The notes: generated from the letters alone by a model not told the origin. A DNA stretch of 64,000 bases from Amoebidium appalachense (GCA_963693365.1 CAVNZM010000017.1:1589989-1653988); one strand, 5' to 3'; shown: positions 14,839 to 37,009, numbered from the stretch's first letter. Made by a program: numbers and translations.

Positions 14839-15344
14839 ATGAAAGGGAAAAGGGTCATAACATTTGGCAGATCCAGCAACTGCAGGATTTGGGGGGGGGG
14901 GGGGGGGGGGGGGGGGGGAGGAAGCGTGAGGTGGGGGGGCCAGGGGGGGGGGGGGGGGAAGCGTGAGGCGAGGGAGGGGGGGGGGGGGGGGGGGGGGGGA
15001 GGGGGAGAGGGAGGCAACCAAACCACACAACCCAACATCAATAACTGTCTTGTTATGTTTTGGCGCCGGCGACAGCCGGCGCACAGACCTACTTGTATAT
15101 TAATGATGTGTGGTGTAGGTGCGCTTTTGATCATGTGGTGATTTTTAGGTGTGTTATCGATGATGTATGGTGTGGTCTGGTCTCGATGATGTGATGTGTA
15201 GGTTTGACCAGTTTTTTTTGTTTTTTTTGGAGTGCGCTTTTTCTTCTTTTCTTATGATTATATAGTGAAATGAAATTTAGCCGTCAAATCATGTGAAATC
15301 GGAGGAGGATCGGACGACGACGAGGAGGAGGAGGAGGAGGAGGA

Positions 15345-15380
<36 letters not shown>

Positions 15381-15381
<1 letters not shown>

Positions 15382-15505
15382 CTCGCCGCAGCTAGCGCTC
15401 ACCGTGATGGGGCAGGTGGCCGGGGAGGGGAGAGGGGGGGGGGGGGGGGGAGGGGGGCTCGCCGCAGCTAGCGCTCACCGTGATGGGGCAGGTGGCCGGG
15501 GAGGG

Positions 15506-15540
<35 letters not shown>

Positions 15541-15708
15541 CTCGCCGCAGCTAGCGCTCACTGTGATGGGGCAGGTGGCCGGGGGAGGGGGAGGGGAGAG
15601 GGGGGGGGGGGGAGAGGGGGGGGGGGGAGGGAGGCCTCGCCGCAGCTAGCGCTCACCGTGATGGGGCAGGTGGCCGGGGAGGGGAGGGGAGAGGGGGGGG
15701 GGGGGGGG
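15381..15708 (+). repeat. Minisatellite: 4 copies of a 45-bp unit separated by G-tracts
   Basis: CTCGCCGCAGCTAGCGCTCAC(C/T)GTGATGGGGCAGGTGGCCGGGG(A) at ~15382, 15458, 15541 and 15635. Confidence 0.95.
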
Positions 15709-15905
15709 AACAGAAATTTATTTAATCCACTTATCAAGATCACCCAACAAAATGATTAATATTGGATACTATGTAGGTAATCGATATCATTCCGAAAATT
15801 GCACATGGTACTAACTTAAAAGTTCAAAACCCACGTCACAAATTCCAATAAACAAGAAAAAAAAAATCGACAATGCGCAATGTGTAGCACACACATGAGA
15901 TTACA

Positions 15906-16285
15906 CTATTCCACCACACCCTCTAAATATTGCGGATAGATTTAATCAACCTCAAAAATTAAAGATATGGTGGGTAGCTTCATAATCAGCCTCTTAACGT
16001 AATGCGGATAGTTTTAATCGACCTCTAAGAAAATATGGGGATAGTTTTAATCAACCTTAAAAAGTAATGCGAATGGTTTAAATTTAATCGACCTTTTAAA
16101 GAGTAATGCGGATAGCTTTAGTCGACCTTTAAATTATGCGGATAGTTTTAATCGACCTCTGAATTGCGGAGAGTTTGATTTAGTGGTCGGTTAAAAAAAT
16201 TATCCGCATTAATTTTCTTAGCGGTCGCTTGTCTAAAACTATTTGCATTACTTTAAGAGGTTGATTAAAGGGTGTCGTGGAGTAG
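15906..16285. mobile_element. MITE-like element with subterminal repeats
   Basis: TIR CTATTCCACCACACCCT / AGGGTGTCGTGGAGTAG (15/17). The internal motif GCGGATAGTTTTAATCGACCT occurs ~6 times direct and ~2-3 times inverted. Confidence 0.6.
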
Positions 16286-16645
16286 CCATTTGTTGGTTTA
16301 TTTCCCGTGGAAAACACGAACCTTGGATTCGAACTTCGACCCCGTCATGAAAATTTCACATGATTTAACCGCTAAATTTCATTTCACTATATAATCATAA
16401 GAAAGAAAAAGCGCACTCACAAAAAAAAAAAAAAAACTGGTCAATCCTACACATCACATCATCGAGACCAGACCACACCATACATCATCGATAACACACC
16501 TAAAAATCACCACATGATCAAAAGGGCACCCACACCATACATCATTCATACTGCCATAATCGTGGTACGTAAAGCAAAACTGCCAAACACACAATGTCCA
16601 TCCCAGGTTTGGGTGTTTCTATGTTTACTCCAGGTGTATGTGTAC

Positions 16646-16718
<73 letters not shown>

Positions 16719-17204
16719 ACGAGCGTGTGCACTCCTCGCGATGCACGCTACATGTTCTTCATTAAAAGAGGAAATACACAATGGAAGAGAGAGAGAAAGT
16801 AAGAAAGGAAATGAGAAAAGAAGGGGCAAAAAAAAGAAGGAAACCGAAAGAAAGAATAAAAGAACAGTAGAAGGACAAGCAGAAGACAAAAACGAACACA
16901 GAATGAACGGGCAAACAAAAAACGAAAAAAAAAAAAAGAAGAAAAAAAATAATAATAAAAATGAAAAAACAGTACTATAATATACTTTGAAATTAAAATT
17001 ATATAAACTATGATCACATTAAAAGTTATAATACAGTTATAGATCATCCCACCCTCTACTCGACCCCACGACGGCATGTACAAGAAGTACTGCCGCCGCC
17101 GCCGCCGCCGCCGCCGCCAAAAAAAAAAAAAGGCAATCAGTTCTAGTGCAAATGATAAATTATAAGTTATAATTAAAATTATAACTCAAATAAAACGTAA
17201 AAAA

Positions 17205-25359
<8,155 letters not shown>

Positions 25360-25967
25360 GTTTTTGAACAACGAAAATTTGTACTGATGGTAACCTTGAG
25401 GGAACAATCGACCACTTACATGTAACGTAGCATAAAGTTGTGCGCTTTGGATACTACTGGTTTAATGAAAGAAACAGGGGGAGATTATAAACAGAACAGC
25501 TCTATGAACGTTGTTTTCTCTGGTTTTCTCCATGGCACGAGATGACCTATAATGTCGCAGGATATCCGGAACGGCGAGGAAGTTTTGGCGCCAAAACTTG
25601 ATCTAGTCTTACTCATAGTACATTTGCGTCATCATCAATCACAACATGGGCAGGTACGAGTGACTTGTAAGAGGAGATGGTAAGCGCATTGTGTACTAAT
25701 ATCATATTTTGCCCGGAACGTTTCCGAAGTTCATCTTTTCTTTTTTTCTCTTTTTGTCAGTTTTCAAGCTAGCAGTTGTTGACGTTCAAGAGGGGTTTTC
25801 GCTAGAAATAACTGTCACCACCCACCTGAAACCAACTTGACGCGTGCCTACCTGGCTGCATTTACATACACAGTGCTATAAGAACGAGATGCACCAAAGG
25901 GAAGGTGTCTCATGGCATTGCTAGCACATAAAAACACTAGTTCTCTTTGCTTGTCAGATGAAACAAC
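25360..25967. promoter_or_regulatory. Putative bidirectional promoter between MMAB and ANKRD49-like
   Basis: Divergent ATGs ~610 bp apart. The interval lacks the microsatellites that pervade the neighbouring introns. Confidence 0.55.
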
Positions 25968-28217
25968 ATGGCTCTGAGCCAGAATTTACTGGATACTCTG
26001 GAGGCTGCTGAAATGGGGGACGTCGAAAAGTTATCTTTTCTGCTAAAGGTCTGTCCCGGCTTGTTTTCCTCTCCCCCCGCCCCCCTCCCCCTCCCCCCCT
26101 CCCCCCTCCCCCCTCCCCCCCCCCCCCCCCCCCCCCCCCGCGCACGCTCATCATGCATACTCTTTATGTCTTTATGTTTGGTTTGCGCTCTGCCTTGTGT
26201 TGTCCGTTGTGAATGTATAGTTCCTACACACTTCAAATTCCCCTCTCCTCTCCCCCCCCAACAACCCAACCCCCCCACCCCACCCCCAACCCCCAGCCCC
26301 CATAATAAAAGAAAGAAAAGAAAAGAAAAGAGAAGAAATGAAAAAGAAAGTTACTCCCCTGTTTTCTCGGCCCGACCAAAGGACACATTTTACCCCTTCC
26401 CCCCCTCCCCCCTCCATCCCCCCCCCCAGCCCCTCCCCCTGTTTCGTTCAACCCCAGCGCCCCATCCTTGTACTTTCCCCGCCGGCTTTCTCTTCTCTTC
26501 TTTTGATTTTCTCTTTCCCCTTGCAAGCTAGTGGTGACAGGAATGGTTGATGAACGTGATGCAACGGGCAACGGAGACGTTGGTGGACAAGGACACAACT
26601 ACTTTCCGTGGTGCACAAACTGAAAATCGTACTCACATTACACACGTGTGAAAATTAACATCAGAATCACAACCTCACAGCAACCTCACGTGCGCACACA
26701 CACAACTCGCGCACAATGAAACACCTGTTCACAAGCAGGAAACCAAAAGTACTTGCACAAGCAGCCGAGTGCACCATATGCAAATAAGCATACAAACGCA
26801 GAAACCAAACTTTATTTTCAAATTCGTGGTAAATACAAGAAATAACAAGAAAACTTATACGTTTCCCAACACTGACATGTTTTTACCTGGTCCTGCCACA
26901 TACTTGCAAGCCCCCTCCCCACTTCGGCATATCCCTTATTCACGCCCAGATTTAAACCCATCCAGTTACATTTGTGTGCCACTTATATGACCTAGACTGG
27001 AGTGCCTACCCCCCCCTCCCCCCCCCCCCCCCCCCTCCCCAGAATGCATCTGCACCCCATTCCTTTTCTCCTTTATCTTTTCATTTCAATTTCTTCTCCC
27101 GCTCATGTCCCCCCACCCCCCTCCCCCGCCCCCCTTCCCCCCTCCCCCCGCGCGCTCCCCCCGTTCCCCTTCCTCTGGTCTCCCCCCCCCCCCCCCCCCC
27201 CCCCAAACACACACACACACACACACACTGTCTGTGACCTTCATCTCACACATTTTCATGCAGGAAGTACCCCAGGCAGTTGAGTGGAGGGATCACGACG
27301 GATATACCGCCCTGCACCGTGCGGCATACAACAATCACCTTGAGGTACGGTACCCCCTCCCCTCCCCCCCCCCCCCCCCCCCCCCCCCCCCAAAAACCCA
27401 CCCGCCCACCCCACCCCATCCTCCCCTCTCTTCCCGCGTGTGTGCTGGGGGGAAATCTGCCTTTAGCTATTAGCCGTAAATATGTAGCTCGTACTCTGTA
27501 GCACACTCGGACTCACCCCGATGTTTTGAAGCCTAGTTATTGACCCAACCACCTCCACGTGGTGGTTTTGATCGGCTCCATGCGTGGTGGCAAGCGGTGC
27601 AAACCGCATTTTTCTTTTGATGAACTAGTCTATACTTACCTGGTATTTCTATATACGGCAACACTCTTTTACAAAAAGGAGATTACACCATGTGCAGGGA
27701 AAGCCAACCATACCATCGACATCGTGTGTAAGTCATCCAGCAATATACCGCCATGGACCCGCGTAGTGCAGGATAGAGGGTCTTTGTCCGATGTTTGTGC
27801 ATATCTGGTTGGTGACTTGACCCACCCAAATAATAGCATTTAGGCAGTACAGTATCCCTAGCAAGCCCCACGGATAGTTTAAAAATGCAGAATTGAGTAC
27901 GCTTTTGTAGACTAATCCGATATATAGGCAAATCTAGTTGTGTACTTGACCCCTTACTAAATGATGCATGTAGGCAGCCCAGTATCTAGTTGCACACGGG
28001 GCAAACCCCACGGCACAGACGCACGACGGTTGGCAGCCTCTCCACTCTGCCTGCAGGTGGGGGTCACTCGAGGTGGCCAGGTACCTCTTGCAGATAGGTA
28101 TGTGTGGTGGTTTTCCTGGCGTGTTTTACATTTTAATCCCCCCCCCCCCCCCCCCCCCCCCCAAACACACACACACACACACACACAAATATTCACAATC
28201 ATTCTCTCTCTCTCTCT

Positions 28218-28249
<32 letters not shown>

Positions 28250-29224
28250 CCCCCCTCTGAGGGTTCCGCTTTTGTTTGAGCTCTTATCCCCAATGCCGGT
28301 TGAGTGTTGTTTAAGATTACTCATCCCTTATCCCTGGAATTTTTGGAAAATCGCTCAATTAGAATGAGTGACGTTAAAAGTTACTCATCATCGCTTGCCA
28401 AAGAGCACATTTTTTGTGCCCTCAAAATAGTCGTAGAGAGCTGAAAATTTCTAGACTAGTAGACAATACATGCATCTAATCCAGCAGCAAAAAGTATATA
28501 ATGTTTCTTAGCAATATATTGCTCTGCGACAGCATGATCGTCCTCCGCCGGCGGTTTTTTGTACACCTTTGCCAGAAGCAGCTGAGCCGCAACCATTGAC
28601 AATCAATCACTGCTGCCGGCCGCCCAAAATCATTAATTGATGAGTAACTTTGTTCGCCGGATGAGTAACGTTGATTCACCTCGCTATCCCTTCGCGAGCG
28701 CTTATAGTAAACATATAAAAAACAGACACAAACCCGCCGTAAAAAATTATGAGCGTGTTCTCAACTATGAAAGGTAACTTTTCTACTAATTGATTAGGGC
28801 ACTTGCGCGCCGGTGCAAAAAATGCTGAGCGCCGCAAAGTTGAGTGTTGTTTAAAGTTACTCATTTTTAGGCATGGGGGTTATTTGTTTTGTTTTGTTTC
28901 TGGTTTTGTGTATTTGTGACGTCTTGCGTTTTTATCTTTTTATATCGCCCCTTCCCGGATTTCCATCCTCTCATGCGGACTTCTCCTCCCCCTCCCCCCC
29001 CCCCCCCCTCCCCCCGCGCTCCCGGTTTCCTAGCCATGGCTTCCACTATATGCCCCCCCCCCCCCCCCCCCCCCCACCCCCTGCCCCTGCGCTCACACAC
29101 GAGTGCGTTCACACACAAGGACACTCCTTATAAGACAGAAGGATTGGAAAACTTTAATTGTCCACCTCGCACGACCTTATGGGACCAACCCTCTTGCTTT
29201 CTCTCTCTCTCCCTCTCTCTCCCT

Positions 29225-29313
<89 letters not shown>

Positions 29314-29325
29314 TCTCTCTCACTC

Positions 29326-29375
<50 letters not shown>

Positions 29376-29427
29376 ACTCTCTCTCTCACTCTCACTCTCT
29401 CTCCCTCTCCCCCCCCCTCCCCCTCTC

Positions 29428-29474
<47 letters not shown>

Positions 29475-29955
29475 GGTCTCTCTCTCTCTCTCCCTCCCTC
29501 CCTCCCTCCCTCCCTCTCTTCGTCCGTCCCTTCCGTCCCTCCCCCCTCCGACCCTCCCTCACTCCCCCCCCCCCCCCCTCCTTCCCCCCCCCCCCCCCCC
29601 CCCCACCACCACCACCACCACCCACCCCCCACCCCACCACCACCACCACCACCACCACCACCACCACACACACAGACACACACACACACACACACAACAA
29701 ACACAACCTCAGCCAATGAAACACTTATGTGTTGTGCAATGCGCTTTTGAATATCTACTCCTAAACTACCCCCCTCCCCCCCCCCCCCCCCTCCATATCC
29801 CCCCTCTCCCCCCCCCCCCCCCCCCCCCCCCAAAAAAAAATAGACACATAAATAAAAATAAAAATAAACACTTGAAAACAAAACAAAACAAATAAAACAC
29901 ATAAAACCTACCCACACACATAATCCCCCCCCCCCCCTCCCCCTTCTCCCCCCTC

Positions 29956-29994
<39 letters not shown>

Positions 29995-30274
29995 ACACAC
30001 ACACACACACATCTTTGTTTTGCTTCTTCTTCATTCATTTCCTTTATTCTTTCCAGGTGTTGACGTGAACGCAAAAACCAACGGAGGACAAACTGCCCTC
30101 CACCTTTCCTGCCAGTTCCACCACCATGACTGCATTCTGTTGGTTGGTTCGTGGCCCGGGATAGACTGGGGGTTGGATAACGGACAGGGAGATACCCCGA
30201 TGGATCTGATTTTGAGGGTGGGGGATGAGGACTTGTGGGAGCTGGGTAGGCAGTTAAGAGATGCTAGTAGATAA
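25968..30274 (+). CDS. ANKRD49: Ankyrin-repeat protein, ANKRD49-like, 4 exons, ~167 aa
   Basis: Exons 25968-26048, 27264-27344, 27974-28097 and 30057-30274 are in phase. DGYTALHRAAYNNHLE, GANPTAQTHDGWQPLHSACRW and DVNAKTNGGQTALHL match the ANKRD49 repeat pattern as I recall it. Confidence 0.88.
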
Positions 30275-30346
30275 CCTCGTATTTGATATGAAATTTAATT
30301 TTTTGATATTTATTAATGTAACGACATCCTGTCCTATATTTAGATT

Positions 30347-30699
30347 AGAATTCTGACGATCTTCGAGGACTGATTATCTGTATTATATATGTAAATGGTC
30401 TGCGGGAGCTCATACCGGTACATAACCCTTTTTGTTCAGTTTGCATATCTTACAGAATTATGTTCCCTGAGATACAGAAGACAATGAATGAATCTTTTCC
30501 AACGAGGTATGTCGCTTTATTACAGAATTCTGACGATCTTCGAGGACTGATTATCTGTATTATATATGTAAAATGGTCTGTGGGAGCTCATACCGGTACA
30601 TAACCCTTTTTGTTCAGTTTGCATATCTTGCAGAATTATGTTCCCTGAGATACAGAAGACAATTAATGAATGTTTTCCTACCAGGTATCTCGCTTTATC
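30347..30699 (+). repeat. Tandem duplication, ~178-bp unit x2
   Basis: AGAATTCTGACGATCTTCGAGGACTG...TCGCTTTAT repeated at 30347 and 30525. Confidence 0.95.
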
Positions 30700-31041
30700 A
30701 AACCGATCAAGGGACCGGATAAATTTAATCAGTTTTCAAAAACATGTGTTGATTTTCGGATTTATTATTATCAACATAGTAATATCTGTGACGTGTTCAT
30801 ACTAGTAATATATATGAGTTGATTGTTCTGTACATTGGGACAATTTGTACTTTCCCTTTGCATACTCAATACAGCAGAAATGTGGAGTGATAATAAAGGT
30901 ATAGGCTCAATATTTCAATGATTCCCTAGTTCGTGAACAAAAAATGCTATCAGGCCTAGGTGCAGGAGCTCGAGTATTGCTCGTATGCATAGGTCGTAAT
31001 ACTGATACAAGTGTGTGCCTGCCTCTGCCTGACTACTAGAG

Positions 31042-31077
<36 letters not shown>

Positions 31078-31230
31078 CCAGCACGCACACGCAACAGACA
31101 CGTGCACACACCAAGGCCTCCTAGATATCGATCTAGGAGGAGGCCTTGACGCACACACATGTACACCCATCCACGTACGTCACCCACCCACATACCGTGC
31201 ACACACACACGCACACACACACAACACACA

Positions 31231-31336
<106 letters not shown>

Positions 31337-31933
31337 CACACACACACACACAAACACATAAGCCCGTATGTGTACACACGCACGCACACATGGATGCACG
31401 CACGCGTCACTGTGATACATACCCAAACCAACTTGAATCTCGAGTTCTGAAAGAAAAAAAACAGGTCATGAGTGGACGAGGAGACGGAGAGTGGTGAGAC
31501 AGGCCAATGCGGTGTTTTTGTGTCATGATTTGTTTTAGTCAATTTGGCTAAACACGAATCTAAAAATATCATATAAATCTTTTACTCTGTGCATCCAATT
31601 AATATGGCTTTTGATTTATTTGCGTAAAAAATGTCTCTCCACATTTTCTTGCTCCTGTTGCGTAATTCATTGTTTACAATTGTGCTTAGCCGGCCGATCC
31701 ACTGGCTCCGGCCTCCGGTTTTCATTTCACTGTTTTGGTTTTTGCAACATATCCGTTCTCAGTCATCTCATGAGTCATTTCTGTGCTTCATTGTACTTAT
31801 GACCTTCATCACCCAGCCGAATACAAAAAAAAAATTGCTCTAGCCTAGTTGCTGTGTGTCTTTCTATGTGTTTCTTAAATTTAGGTTTCATCCATTCCGC
31901 TCCTTCTCCATTACTGATTATTCGCCTTCAAAC

Positions 31934-33275
31934 ATGTCAAACTCCTCCTTTCCCCTCGCCTTTCTCCATGATGACATGCGCCTTGTTGTCCTCTCATATC
32001 TTCCCGTTCGTGAACGTATACGCCTGTCGCGAGTGTGCAAAAGCTGGCACAAACTGGTCAGAAAAACCCAGTTTTCTTCCTTCAGTGTTCGGCGGATATG
32101 CGAGGATTGCGGCAGACTATGGAAGATGTACTGTCGTGGAGCCAAGGCTTGGGGAAGATACTTTCATAGATTGAGTATCCCGCTGAACTTGCTAACGGAA
32201 ATACCTCTAAATCCACAGGAGGATGTAAATGCTCCAGTATTTTTTCCAGCTGGAGTCCCTCGAGCTCTCTTTTGTGAACGTTCGAACTCTGCACTTTCTA
32301 CGCCACAGCGAGAATGCGCGAAACGTGAAGGAGCTATCCGTCGATGAATCCTACACAAACGCGGGAGTGCTGGACATTAGCCCACTGTCTTCTTTTCAAA
32401 ACATGGAGAAATTCACGGTCGCAAGGAGACGTAGGACGACTGATATCATGTGCTGGGATGTACTTGCATCTGCTCCTCTAAAGACGTTACACGTCAAAGG
32501 GAACCAGAGTTCTCATGCAACCTACGGTATTTGCAGCATCAAAACGATTGAGGAACTTTCGTTTTACAACGGGGACATCCGTCCTCTCCAGACACTAACA
32601 CGACTTTCATCTTTGACATGTTATGGTGATGGGCTCCCGGAATTGCTTGCCCCGTGGCCACAGCTAACCAAGGTTGTTGCCTTCGGACAGGTTTACGGAT
32701 TCGGCTCTCTCCATTCCCTTTGCGCACTTTCTACCGCACCACAACTTGAGATTGCGGAACTGAGCAACATCGAGTGGATGGGACCGGCAGATTTGTCGCC
32801 CCTTTCCACTTGCACTAACCTGAGAATTCTGGCTTTAGCAGAGCGGGAAGATGACTGGGAGAACCCACCCTTTCAAACGTATAATCTCGATGCCCTTTCA
32901 TTCTGCACAAAACTTGAAGTGGTCCCCCTGAATATTCTGTACAGCGTTTTGAACGACATTTCTAGTCTCACTTCGTGCATGCAGCTAACGGAGCTACAAG
33001 TGAAACACGCCCAAGGAATCACCGACATAACATGTCTCGAATCGTGCAAGAACCTGCGAATGATTGAACTTCACAATGCAAGTGCGCTGAACGACATCTC
33101 CTGCCTCTCGGCGTGCAAATGGCTCAAGAGGTGTGTTGTTAGCAACGCGCCCATCAAAAATATTTCGTTTATGAAAGAGTGCCCCATGCTGGAAGAGGTG
33201 GACTTTGAAGGATGCACGGAGGTGGCTGAGGAGATGTGGGAACAGTTGCTTTATGAATTTCACGGACTCGGTTGA
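31934..33275 (+). pseudogene. F-box/LRR protein copy 1, intronless; frameshifting deletion ~32205-32230, intact 348-aa LRR ORF downstream
   Basis: F-box FPLAFLHDDMRLVVLSYLPVRERIRLSRVCKSWHKLV. LRRs such as LNDISSLTSCMQLTELQV and ITDITCLESCKNLRMIEL. The frame changes relative to copies 2 and 3 at the F-box/LRR linker. Confidence 0.85.
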
Positions 33276-33829
33276 GCAGGCACCTTGCCATGTAGGGATT
33301 TCTGGATGGCCATATACACACGAGCCTTACTCAGTTTGCCGAGTTGCCCGGTATGCACTACCAATTTAAAATTTGTGTTGGGCTGCGTGCATAGAAAATG
33401 GCTTGAAGGGAGAAAAAAAAATGGTGAAAATGGGGGAAGAGCTGACGATCGCACATGTGGTTTTCTTTTATGAGGCAGGTGGGTACTTGGGGTTAGTGTG
33501 CGCTGTTTATCGTTCCTGTATATACCTTTTTTTTATTTCACCGCTTGGGTTTTTAAATTTTACTCATTGAATATCAATATGCCAATTAAGATTGGAGCCT
33601 GCCTGTTATGATATATCTCCTTTCCAGTCATATGTTGATGTTCTAATCAGAATTAGTAAGCAGCAAGCAACTTAACTCCTCTGGACCAAATACCCCCTCC
33701 ACCCGTTACAGATTCCATGATGGGAGACTCGGAAAAAAAGAGTGGTGGTGGTGTGGTGGTCGTGGTGGTTGGGGCCCCGGGGAGGGAGGGAAAGGGGGGA
33801 GGGAGGGAGGGTGGGGGGAGGGAGGGGGT

Positions 33830-33864
<35 letters not shown>

Positions 33865-34322
33865 CTCTCTCTGGCTGGGCCTAGTGTCCGATGATGTACC
33901 CAGTCCTGATATAAAAGACCACTGTGCGGCCTTGTGTCAAAGCGTGTGTGACACTGTGCCCAAATAGATACTTGCAGTGTGTATGAAACTCGGGATGCTT
34001 ATGATGTGAAGCCGTAACGTTGCGCTCAAGTGCATGTAAACTATGATATGCAATGCCGTGTGCGTGCTTGTGTGTATGCCCCGGTGTATGTACGTCGTGC
34101 CCGTGTGTGTGTACATGTGTGTGTCCGTGTGTGTGCGTGTGTGCACGGTGTGCGTGTGTGCGCCCGTGTACGTCCAACCCTGTGGGTAGGTGCGTGTTTG
34201 TGTAGTGATAGAGTGAATGTGTGTCTGTGTGTGTGGGTGTGCGCGCGCATGGGTGCGTCTTTGCGCCTTCCACAACATTCGCGTAAGGGACGAACTTTCT
34301 TTGCCCCCCCAACCACACACAC

Positions 34323-34892
<570 letters not shown>

Positions 34893-34978
34893 ACACAGGC
34901 ATATTGATACCCGTGGTGTGCTGCTCAGTACCTATATCTGATACAAATGCGTGCCTGCCTACATTAGGGCTTGTCACA

Positions 34979-35027
<49 letters not shown>

Positions 35028-35470
35028 ACATACACACAACACACACCTACTCACCTACACACAACACCACCACCGGCAAAACGAACAAGCTCTGCTGGTA
35101 TTGAGACTAAAGCGGTGGTTTTTGGTCACGATATGTCAAAGTAAGCTAGTATAAAGCGAATCAAAACAATTCGTTACAATTGTTTTATTCAAAACACCCA
35201 ATGTAAAGCGCTGTGTATGATACTCTGTCGTTTTGCGTAATTTTTGTTTTCTCCGCATTTTTTTATTCCTCTGGCCTAATCTCAGAGTTTCCTTTTCCGG
35301 CGGCTGTTCTGAGTAGTTTTCTCATCTCCGTTCTATGACGTGACCTTCCTCACCCATGCAAATAGCCAGGCAAAATTTATGTGTTTTTTCCACGTTTCTA
35401 CTCTCTTAAAGGTTCATCCCATTAGCTCCTTTCCCCTTCCCCTTTAGGTAGATCTATCTAGTTTTCACTC

Positions 35471-36796
35471 ATGTCAGCCTCCTCCTTTCCCCTCACCTCT
35501 CTCCACGATGACATGCTCCTTGTTGTCCTCTCACATCTTCCCATTCGTGCACGTGTATGCCTGTTTCGTGTGTTCAAACACTGGCACAAACTGGTGAAAA
35601 AAACCCAGTTCACCACCGCCTTTAGCGTTCGGCGAAAAAGCGATGATCACAACAAGCTGTGGAAGATATACTGCCGCGGCGCCATGGCTTGGGGAAGAGT
35701 CTTCAATAGAGTGACTATACCGCTTAATTTGCTTACACAGATACACCGAGATTTCAACCTACAAAACATGAGGCTGTTAAAGTTCCTCCAGTATTTTCCC
35801 CAGGTGGAGTTTCTCAAACTCTCTTTTGTGAACGTTCAAACCCTACACTTTCTAACCCACAGCCAGAACGCGCGAAACGTAAAGGTCCTATCCGTCGATG
35901 AATCGTACACAGACGCGTTCGTGCTGGACCTCAGCCCACTGTCATCATTTCAAAAACTGGAGAGCTTCACGGTCGAATGGAGGGACATGGAGACTGAAGT
36001 CATCTGCTGGGATGCGCTTGCATCTGTCCCTCTCAAGGCGTTACACGTAAAAGGGGGCCTGGATGATAATGCAGTCCGCCGCATCAGCAACCTCAAGACG
36101 ATTGAGGAATTTTCGTTTTACAGCGGGGACATCACTCCTCTCCACTCACTAACAAGACTTTCATCTTTGGCATGTTATGGCGATGGGTTACCGGCATCGC
36201 TTGCCCCGTGGCCACAACTAACCAGGTCATTGTAACCGATGAGGTATACGGGTTCTGACGGCGCTCTCGTTTTCCTTCGCACAATTTCTACCGCACCACA
36301 ACTGGAGATTGCGGAGCTGGGCAACATCGAGTGGGAGGGACCGGCGGACTTGTTGCCCCTTTCTGTTTGCACGAATTTGAGGATCCTCTCTTTTGCAGAG
36401 CAGGAAAACGACGAGGAGAATCGGCCCTTACAAACGTATAATCTCGCCGCCCTTTCATCCTGCACAAAACTTGAAGCAGTCCGCCTGAATATTCTGTACA
36501 GCGCTTTGAACGACATTTCGGGTCTCAGTTCATGCACACGGCTAACGGAGCTACAAGTGGAACATGCGCAAGGAATCACCGACCTATCATGTCTTGCATC
36601 ATGCAAGAACCTACGGGTGGTAGAACTTCACAATGCAAGTGCGCTGAACGACTTTTCCTGCCTCTCAGCGTGCAAACGACTCAAGCGATGCGTTGTTAGC
36701 AAGGCGCCCCGGCAAAGATATCTCGCAAGTGAGTGAGTGTCCATCGCTAGAAGAGGTGGACTTGAAGGATGCACGGAGGTATCTGTGGAGATTTAG
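35471..36796 (+). pseudogene. F-box/LRR protein copy 2, intronless, multiply disrupted
   Basis: Paralogous to copies 1 and 3. Apparent -1/+1 indels near 36223 and 36252 (giving TAA 36233-36235), +1 at CCCC ~36707, -1 near 36762, and TAG at 36794 where copy 1 has TGG. Confidence 0.85.
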
Positions 36797-36943
36797 AAAA
36801 GCTTGTTGTAGGAACTTGCAACCGTTTTGGATGAGCAGATCAGAACCATGCCATGTGAGAATTTCTGGATCGCTATTTGCATACTGGTGTTACGGTTTCT
36901 GAGCCCGGTATGCACTACTATGATATGTATATATATCGCGAGG

Positions 36944-36945
<2 letters not shown>

Positions 36946-37007
<62 letters not shown>
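36946..37007. repeat. (TA)n microsatellite
   Basis: Directly visible. Confidence 0.97.

Positions 37008-37009
<2 letters not shown>

Larger units (their letters stand above)
12867..15095 (+). mobile_element. Non-autonomous Helitron-like element
   Basis: Starts A|TCAATATATATAATGCG. Ends with a perfect hairpin GCGCCGGC-GACA-GCCGGCGC (15063-15082), then CTTG|T. It interrupts a repeat whose uninterrupted inverted copy lies at 16353-16935. Confidence 0.72.
12530..16935. repeat. ~580-bp inverted repeat: left arm 12530-12866 plus 15096-15299, right arm 16353-16935
   Basis: CACGATTATGGCAGTAT / ATACTGCCATAATCGTG and GATTATATAGTGAAATGAAATTTAGC / GCTAAATTTCATTTCACTATATAATC are reverse complements. Both arms end outward in T/A tracts. 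Confidence 0.9.

Noticed and set aside
15381-15708. CRISPR-like array
   Set aside because: The spacers are G homopolymers, the context is eukaryotic, and no cas genes are present.
25414-25433. Upstream mini-exon ATG CTA CGT TAC AT|GTAAGT as an MMAB presequence start
   Set aside because: Neither nearby AG acceptor joins it in frame to the MMAB ORF, and the intron would be only 25-36 nt.
32225-32237. 13-nt GT..AG segment (GTAAATGCTCCAG) whose removal would restore the frame of F-box copy 1
   Set aside because: It is shorter than known spliceosomal introns, and the segment aligns to coding sequence in the paralogues.
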